DNA of 47,496 nucleotides, from assembly GCA_963783885.1 (NCBI GenBank), contig CAWAPJ010000022.1, forward strand, positions 1-47,496, read 5' to 3'. The notes beneath the pieces were generated by a model. That model saw only the letters and a program-made list of their open reading frames with translations, was not told where the DNA came from and ran no database searches. Each line of letters starts with the position of its first letter. Position 1 is the first letter of the stretch. The position numbers and the translations under genes are program-made. Positions 40,931-47,496 of the stretch are shown here, piece after piece. This DNA is from Waddliaceae bacterium (GTDB lineage Bacteria; Chlamydiota; Chlamydiia; Chlamydiales; SLFE01).

Positions 40931-42461
40931 AAAATCTCACATGATTGTTCGCTGTTCCATATTTACTTCCAATTTCAAACCGTTCATAATGTATATGTGA
41001 ATAGAAAGGTCTATGATTTCCCATTAGTGAACCATTATCAATCCGAAACTGCCGAAGTCCATCCATACTTCTGAATACGCCGCGTGCAGGATTTCCAAGT
41101 TCTTTATATCCAGAACCAAGATATTTCATACCAGCTTCTAACGCCTCTTCTGCCGACAAGACATATTTACTTGTAAAGTTTCCATTACGCATAAATGTTT
41201 CCCGAATCACCGCATCAGCTTTATTAAGTTGTACCATTCCTTCATTAATTCTGAATGGCACCCGGTATGATAAGCCTTCAGCAGCAATTGCTTTAATCTT
41301 ATGTGATTTAGGTATAATATTCCCATTAATCATATTTTTGGTCGATTGAAAGATTCTATGAAAAAATCTTTCTCCAACTTCAGCAGCTTTTTTCGCATAA
41401 TGAACTTTCATGGCAGATTTTCCCAACCATTTAACGGCCCGACCGCCAAGCCCAAGGACTTTAGCTGGGGATAGCTCCAATGCGGTACCCCCGATGAGAA
41501 GTCCAATATTCGTCCAGCTTCTTTGAGATATGGGAATCACTCTATTTGGGTCGTTCGGATCCCCCCAAAACTCACTGTGAATGCTGGCGCCTAATTCATA
41601 AGTGCAGCCAAAAAAGAAATCGCGAGCACCGGTAAAGGTATAAACTGCCGCATCTCTTATTCCCTGATATTGGGCTTGAGGATCATACATGGCAATTTCC
41701 TCAGGAGTTGAATCCCAGTACCCGTCAAAGAGACCATACTCATCAAAGTGAGTAAGCGGATTATTATGAACATACGCATAGAGGTTGAACCCGTCGGAGT
41801 AGCCTTTGGGGTCGCAGGTGGTCCAGCGACCGAGGGAGGGGTCGTAGTAGCGCCTGCCGAAATAAATCCAGTCTGTTTCGGGGTCGTATCTCTTGCTGGA
41901 AAACTGATAGGGAGGGGAGAATCCCTGAGATTTTTCGATTTGACCAAAAGCGCTGTATCGGGCTGAGAAAACGATGACGCCTGTTTTGGCGTTGACTAAA
42001 GCCGCTGTGCTTCCCGATTGGTCGTGGGTGGGAGCATAGACAACTCCTTCGATTTCCAAAGCGATGGCGGCGCCGATTTCTGCGCCGAGGCCGACTCCAA
42101 GAGCTCGGAAGGAGGTAAGCGTATCGTCTTCAACACTGCCAACCTCACAGTCGCCTTGGTAAATAAATTGAGTTGTTGCAGAAAGTGTCCATCCCTCGGG
42201 GGTATTGCGGTATTTATGTTTGGCGATCCGCCTATTTTGCGAGTCGTATACATAGCGGTACTTTTCTTCGTTTTTGATGACTGTGGTGAGGCGGTCAAGG
42301 GCGTCGTATGAATAAGAAGCTTCGGTATCAGCAATGAGATTGCCTGCCAGGTCGTAGGTGTAGGTTTTGCCGTTTGCGGTGAGAACCTGGTTTAAGTCAT
42401 TGATGGCGATCTCCTCGCCGTCATAGGCAACGCGGTTATTGATGGAATCGTGGGTATAGGA
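40923..42461 (-). pseudogene. Orphan Rhs cassette 1: truncated Rhs core + toxin allele A2
   Basis: Rhs homology begins at SYTHDSINNR (42461). The ORF-track start (TTG 42551) lies inside repeat copy C. It has the Rhs core signature and a toxin ending GVFRSMDGLRQFRID...HIHYE...NNHVRFYE. Confidence 0.82.
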
Positions 42462-42467
42462 GGTGAT

Positions 42468-42570
42468 GGAGCCTGTTGTGCATTGTGCATACTTATTTGC
42501 TATGTTTAAGCGATGAACTTCTCGGAAGGCAATAGGGCCAGTTATGCACAATGCAGGTTACGGCCCCTTT
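42468..42570. repeat. Cassette-junction element, copy C
   Basis: GGAGCC..TGCATTGTGCATA ... TATGCACAATGCA..GGCCCC terminal inverted repeats surround the same core. It begins 6 bp from the Rhs truncation point. Confidence 0.9.
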
Positions 42571-42628
42571 AACGATGTCACAAAAACCGCTTTACGGCCA
42601 TTTTACAAATACCCTTGAATGATTATAC

Positions 42629-43276
42629 TTAAAAAAAGTCTTCTTTAGATGAAGTCGTTTGAATTCTATCTAAGTATTTTATTAGTGTATTTCTTTTTTG
42701 TTTTTTAAGGATGAAAAGAACATGATAACTTAAAATTACCAATTTATCAATCGTAGATGAAGTTATTTTTATTGTTTTACCAGGTTTAACATTTGCCTGA
42801 AATCCAACACTAGCTTTTGATTTAAAATCAAAAGAAAGTCCTGCTTCTTCCTTTTGAACAGGTATATCAATGGAAAATAAACCATTTGTTTTTGGCTTTT
42901 CGGACCATCGAGGAATTAAAGCACCTTTTGTGTGAGACAATGCGTTGCGTAGGTCGAACAAAAATTTACCCAAGTTATGTAATTTTTGTGGGACATCTTT
43001 TTCTCCAATGTAGTTAATGTGTTCGTATAAAGCTTGTCGCATAATTTCGATGTGATTGACTAAAACAGAGAGAACAATAGCTTCAAACATTTGATCCCAT
43101 TCAGTTTTGTTTCTTACAATCGGTGCAGGGTATTTTTTTTTAAAAATTTGCCAAACAAAATTGTCCCTTATATAGATAAGTTCTCTATTAGCAAAAATAA
43201 AGTGCGCTAAGGACGACTGAAGTTTGTGACAAGCTTTTTTTAGGGCCATTTTACTTCTCAGATATTTCCATGACAA
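42629..43276 (-). CDS. Hypothetical protein with a HEPN-like RxxxxH motif
   Basis: AT-rich 215-aa ORF, helical in character, containing FLFDLRNALSHTKG. The start is uncertain (ATG 43249 possible). Confidence 0.55.
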   Translation of the reverse strand: MSWKYLRSKMALKKACHKLQSSLAHFIFANRELIYIRDNFVWQIFKKKYPAPIVRNKTEWDQMFEAIVLSVLVNHIEIMRQALYEHINYIGEKDVPQKLHNLGKFLFDLRNALSHTKGALIPRWSEKPKTNGLFSIDIPVQKEEAGLSFDFKSKASVGFQANVKPGKTIKITSSTIDKLVILSYHVLFILKKQKRNTLIKYLDRIQTTSSKEDFF

Positions 43277-43319
43277 AGAAGCCGTTATAAAGAGCTTCTC
43301 GGTCCATTTTCCTGATATG

Positions 43320-43568
43320 TTAGAGCTCGACCCCTTTAGTCCAGTCTATTTGCCAATTTGATTCTTTAAATATTTGCTCTACAGTAGAAAAATCTTCAGC
43401 CCAATAGTCATAGACTTCCGAAGCTTTATTTATATCTTTGTGATTAAATATGAGAATCAAATAACTATCTGATGATCCAAAATCTTCTTGTACACGAAGA
43501 AACCAATCTTTTGATTCACCTTTACGAATAGTACCTGTAATATTTAACTTTATTATATCTTCATTCAT
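43320..43568 (-). CDS. Putative immunity protein A1, cognate to the main Rhs toxin
   Basis: 82-aa acidic ORF overlapping the Rhs stop; paralogue of 40697-40930. Confidence 0.78.
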   Translation of the reverse strand: MNEDIIKLNITGTIRKGESKDWFLRVQEDFGSSDSYLILIFNHKDINKASEVYDYWAEDFSTVEQIFKESNWQIDWTKGVEL

Positions 43569-46500
43569 AAAAAAATATATGGTTGTTTACTAATGGTTTC
43601 TTAGCTCCCAAATCAAAAGTTTCTAAGTGAAAATGAGGTTTCCAAGGACAATGAGTGCCATTTAAAGACCCATAGTCAATCCTAAACTGCCTCAAATTAT
43701 CAACACTTCGAAATACTCCACGTGTAGGGTTGCCAATTTGTCTATAACTAGAACCAAGATATTTCATACCAGCTTCTAACGCCTCTTCTGCCGACAAGAC
43801 ATATTTACTTGTAAAGTTTCCATTACGCATAAATGTTTCCCGAATCACCGCATCAGCTTTATTAAGTTGTACCATTCCTTCATTAATTCTGAATGGCACC
43901 CGGTATGATAAGCCTTCAGCAGCAATTGCTTTAATCTTATGTGATTTAGGTATAATATTCCCATTAATCATATTTTTGGTCGATTGAAAGATTCTATGAA
44001 AAAATCTTTCTCCAACTTCAGCAGCTTTTTTCGCATAATGAACTTTCATGGCAGATTTTCCCAACCATTTAACGGCCCGACCGCCAAGCCCAAGGACTTT
44101 AGCTGGGGATAGCTCCAATGCGGTACCCCCGATGAGAAGTCCAATATTCGTCCAGCTTCTTTGAGATATGGGAATCACTCTATTTGGGTCGTTCGGATCC
44201 CCCCAAAACTCACTGTGAATGCTGGCGCCTAATTCATAAGTGCAGCCAAAAAAGAAATCGCGAGCACCGGTAAAGGTATAAACTGCCGCATCTCTTATTC
44301 CCTGATATTGGGCTTGAGGATCATACATGGCAATTTCCTCAGGAGTTGAATCCCAGTACCCGTCAAAGAGACCATACTCATCAAAGTGAGTAAGCGGATT
44401 ATTATGAACATACGCATAGAGGTTGAACCCGTCGGAGTAGCCTTTGGGATCACAGGTGGTCCAGCGGCCGAGGGAGGGGTCGTAGTAGCGCCTGCCAAAA
44501 TAAATCCACCCTGTTTCGGGGTCGTATCTCTTGCTGGAAAACTGATAGGGAGGGGAGAATCCCTGAGATTTTTCTACTTGTCCAAATGCGCTGTATCTGG
44601 CGGCGTGAACGAGATCGCCTGTTTGGGCGTCAACTAGAGCAATGACACTTCCCGATTGATCGTGAGTGGGGGCATAAACAACTCCTTCGATCTCCAGAGC
44701 GAAAGCCGCTCCGATTTCTGCGCCGAGGCCGACCCCAAGGGCGCGGAAAGAAGTAAACGTATCGCCTTCAAGACTGCCTACTTCGCAACTGCCCTGATAA
44801 AGGAATTTTGTTGTCGATTCAAGACTCCAACCTGAAGTTGTCTTGCAATATTTCTGCTTGGCGATCCGCCTGTTTTGCGAATCGTAGATGTAGCGGTACT
44901 TTTCTTCGTTTTTGATGACTGTGGTGAGGCGGTCAAGGGCGTCGTATGAATAAGAAGCTTCGGTATCAGCAATGAGATTGCCTGCCAGGTCGTAGGTGTA
45001 GGTTTTGCCGTTTGCGGTGAGAACCTGGTTTAAGTCATTGATGGCGATCTCCTCGCCGTCATAGGCAACGCGATTATTGATGGAATCGTGGGTATAGGAA
45101 TGGGACGCGAGTCCCTCTTCAGAGGCAAGCTGGTTGAGCTTATCATAGGAGTAATCACAGCGCTCATGGCCCCAGTAGTCGGCGGTGTCTCGGGAAACGA
45201 GGTTCCCTGTTTCGTCATAGGCAATGTTGTTTTGAGACCAGTATTTGGACGTGCGGGAGATTTCACGGCCGAGCAGATCGTATTCGATGGCGACTTGGCC
45301 CGCAAGGCCAATCTGATCGATGCTTCTCAGCTTCCCTCTCATATCGTATCGGTAGTTTGCGGAATATTCCTCGTGGGGATTGTTGAAGATAACCTGCTCG
45401 AGATGCTCTCCGGCATATTGGTACGCGACGGCCCTTTGGCGGGGGAAGTTGGCTTTAACTGTTCTACCAAGGTTATCCTTCTCGTAGGAAACTTCAAGGC
45501 CGTTGCCGAGTTTTTCAAAAATCATTTCCGAATGGTCGTTATAGCGCTTTTCTGTAACAAAGTGATGGATGCGGTCAGCAATGGCTATGAGGTTTTTGAG
45601 GCAGTCGTAGGTATATTCATAGCAGATGGCACTTTCTTCGGGAGCATTGAGCGATTCGAGCTTTTCAACAAGACCAAGTTGGTTATAAGTATATCTGAGC
45701 TGTATGCCGTTTGGTTTGACCACTTTTTCTTTCTCGCCAAAAGGGGTGTATTCATAACGGGTGATTTTTTGATCGATGGAGCCTGAAGCTTCAATGAGAC
45801 AGGTGAGCTGATTGTCGCTGTTGTATTCCATAAGATTGGTGATCGTGCGGTCGTCTTTTCCGGGAGTGATGACCGTTTGAGTGGTTTTGACCACATTGCC
45901 GATATTGTCAAAGACTTGGTCGACTTTATAGAGCAGCTCGCCATAGGGATCTTTTTTTTCTATGCTGACGACTCTGCCGAGAGCGTCATGAGTTTCGATG
46001 GATTGAATGCCCTTGGGATCGATAGTGGTTTTCTGAAGGACCCTCTGGCCGAATTCATTGAAAAAGTCATAGTCGTAATGGATGTGTGTGATATTCCCAA
46101 GAGGATCGATTATTTTTGTGGGGTTTTTACGGGCGTCATATTCCGTTTGGGTAACGGCAATTCCGTCGTCGGTATGGACCATGACTGAGATTTTATTGCC
46201 CATCTCGTCATAAAGTGTTTGAACATGGTTGGTGATATTGCCGGATGAATCTTCGGTATATTCTTCGATGATCTGGTCGCAGAAATCGTAGATTTTCACT
46301 TGGGCGATGTAATTGTCGTTGTCGATCCATTGCCGGGTGATGGATTCACGGCCGAGGGTATCGTACTCATAGGTTATTAGGCGCTCGCCTTGTTTCACGG
46401 CTATTTTTCTGCCGGCGCCGTCATAGGTAAACTCCGTGATATTTCCTGCGGGATCGATTGTCGACATCAGGAGGTTGCCTTCATAAACATTGACAGTCTT

Positions 46501-47496
46501 TTGAAGAAGCTCGCCGGTTGGTGATTCCAGCCGGGTTTCCACTTCTTGGCCGAGGGCGTTGTATTCATGAAAGGTGATCAGGCCTGTTCTGGAAACTTCT
46601 TTAACGAGGTTTCCGTCGAGATTGTAGAGAAACGACTTTCTGTCCGTCGGGATAAGAGATGTGATAGGGTTTTTTGTGGCAGGTAAACTGCGATTTTGTC
46701 GTTCTACCCTCGCTGTCTGTCATGGAGATGACATTGTCTAAAGGATCGTATTCTTTGGAAGCGGTTGTGCTGATGAATTGCCCACTAGGCTGAAGCGTTT
46801 GAGGAAAAATTATTTTTGTCTCTCTTCCAAAGCGGTCATATTCATGTTTGACTTCATGGCCGAATCCGTTTACCTCGCTAATTTTGTGGCTTAGATAATT
46901 ATAAGAAAACGAATTGGAGAAACAGACTTTGTTTTCGTCATATTCATCGACGCGGATGAGGCGGTTTGAGTAATCATAGGTATATTCTTTTTTGCAATCC
47001 GGCCGCGGACCGATTTCCCTGATCATGTTTCCGTTCAAATCATAGTTTCTTCTGACGGAATATCCGAGGGGGTTGGTCTCAAAATTCACTTGTCCATATT
47101 TATTGTATTCTTTGTATAGGGTGTAGCAATATTGATCTTGGCTGTCGTAAATCTCCTTGCTGGCAAGCCACCCTTCTTTTGTGTAGGTGTTGACACATCT
47201 TCTGAGCTGGATTTCCTGTTCTGATTCCGGATCCCAATAACTTTCGACAACTTCTTCAGGGAGGCCGAAGCAGGGAGTTGAATATTTGGGAGTCACCCTT
47301 GTGATGAGTCTTTGCGTGGTGCCGAGCATATTTTTGCGATCTGGAGAGGTGCCGTTGTCGACAATTCTTTGGATCATGATTCCATAATCGTCATAGTCGT
47401 AAAATTCTCTTGCGGCAATTGTTCCGTCGGCAAGGAGGAGCTTTTTTTTAAGAAGGTTGGTCCCGGGCTTATAGATGATTTTGTGGTTTTTCGGCC
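43561..47496 (-). CDS. Large Rhs/YD-repeat polymorphic toxin (5' end outside the window), with a frameshift near 46640
   Basis: YD repeats run throughout ORFs 46601-47377 (frame open to the window edge) and 43561-46542. The frames join at SYPDG/KSFLYNLDGNLVKE. The Rhs core is followed by toxin allele A1. Confidence 0.9.

Noticed and set aside
36591-42551. Junction elements as integron attC sites (GCATAAC/GTTATGC-like ends)
   Set aside because: Only the terminal ~10 bp are complementary; the interior does not form the continuous attC hairpin with L boxes, and no integron integrase is visible in the window.
42462-42551. N-terminal extension MCITGPIAFREVH.. of orphan Rhs 1
   Set aside because: It is a translation of repeat copy C from a TTG with no clear RBS; probably not a real start, though low-level translation cannot be excluded.
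36575-42570. Junction elements as a CRISPR array
   Set aside because: The units are ~100 bp or longer, separated by 1.9-4 kb of genes, and there are no cas genes.
40923-43750. Diversity-generating retroelement (TR/VR pair) explaining the toxin-tip variants
   Set aside because: The differences include many C/T synonymous changes rather than adenine-specific ones, and no reverse transcriptase is present in the window.
45088-46188. Long plus-strand ORFs (232 aa, 103 aa) inside the Rhs gene
   Set aside because: They are antisense shadows caused by Rhs codon bias.

Overview
This window looks like chromosomal DNA from an environmental Chlamydiae bacterium (Parachlamydiales-like). The assignment is inferred from gene content and order: rnpB lacking P18, a CT398/CdsZ-like gene, glyA-clpP-dapF-UPF0158, rng-GPAT-ptr, and pcnB-GT2-LAB_N-lpxB. 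The first ~35.5 kb is mostly housekeeping genes with accessory insertions. These are a 901-aa triple-glycosyltransferase/sulfotransferase fusion, a TTA-flanked 142-bp palindromic MITE-like element, a BTB+LRR-like candidate effector, a secreted kinase-like protein, and an IS982 element. The IS982 carries unusual ~110-nt hairpins inside both ends and interrupts an Inc-like membrane-protein gene. The last ~12 kb (35.6-47.5 kb, minus strand) is a polymorphic Rhs toxin/immunity array. It contains a frameshifted large Rhs gene running off the window edge, two orphan Rhs-core+toxin cassettes, toxin-tip fragments, five candidate immunity genes in two families and a HEPN-motif gene. Three copies of a ~100-140 bp element with terminal inverted repeats sit at the cassette junctions. 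Toxin variants differ only in the extreme C-terminal tip plus the cognate immunity gene, with breakpoints inside the toxin domain. This repeat-punctuated, tip-swapping cassette array is the best candidate for an undescribed system. All calls come from reading the sequence by eye; no database searches were run.
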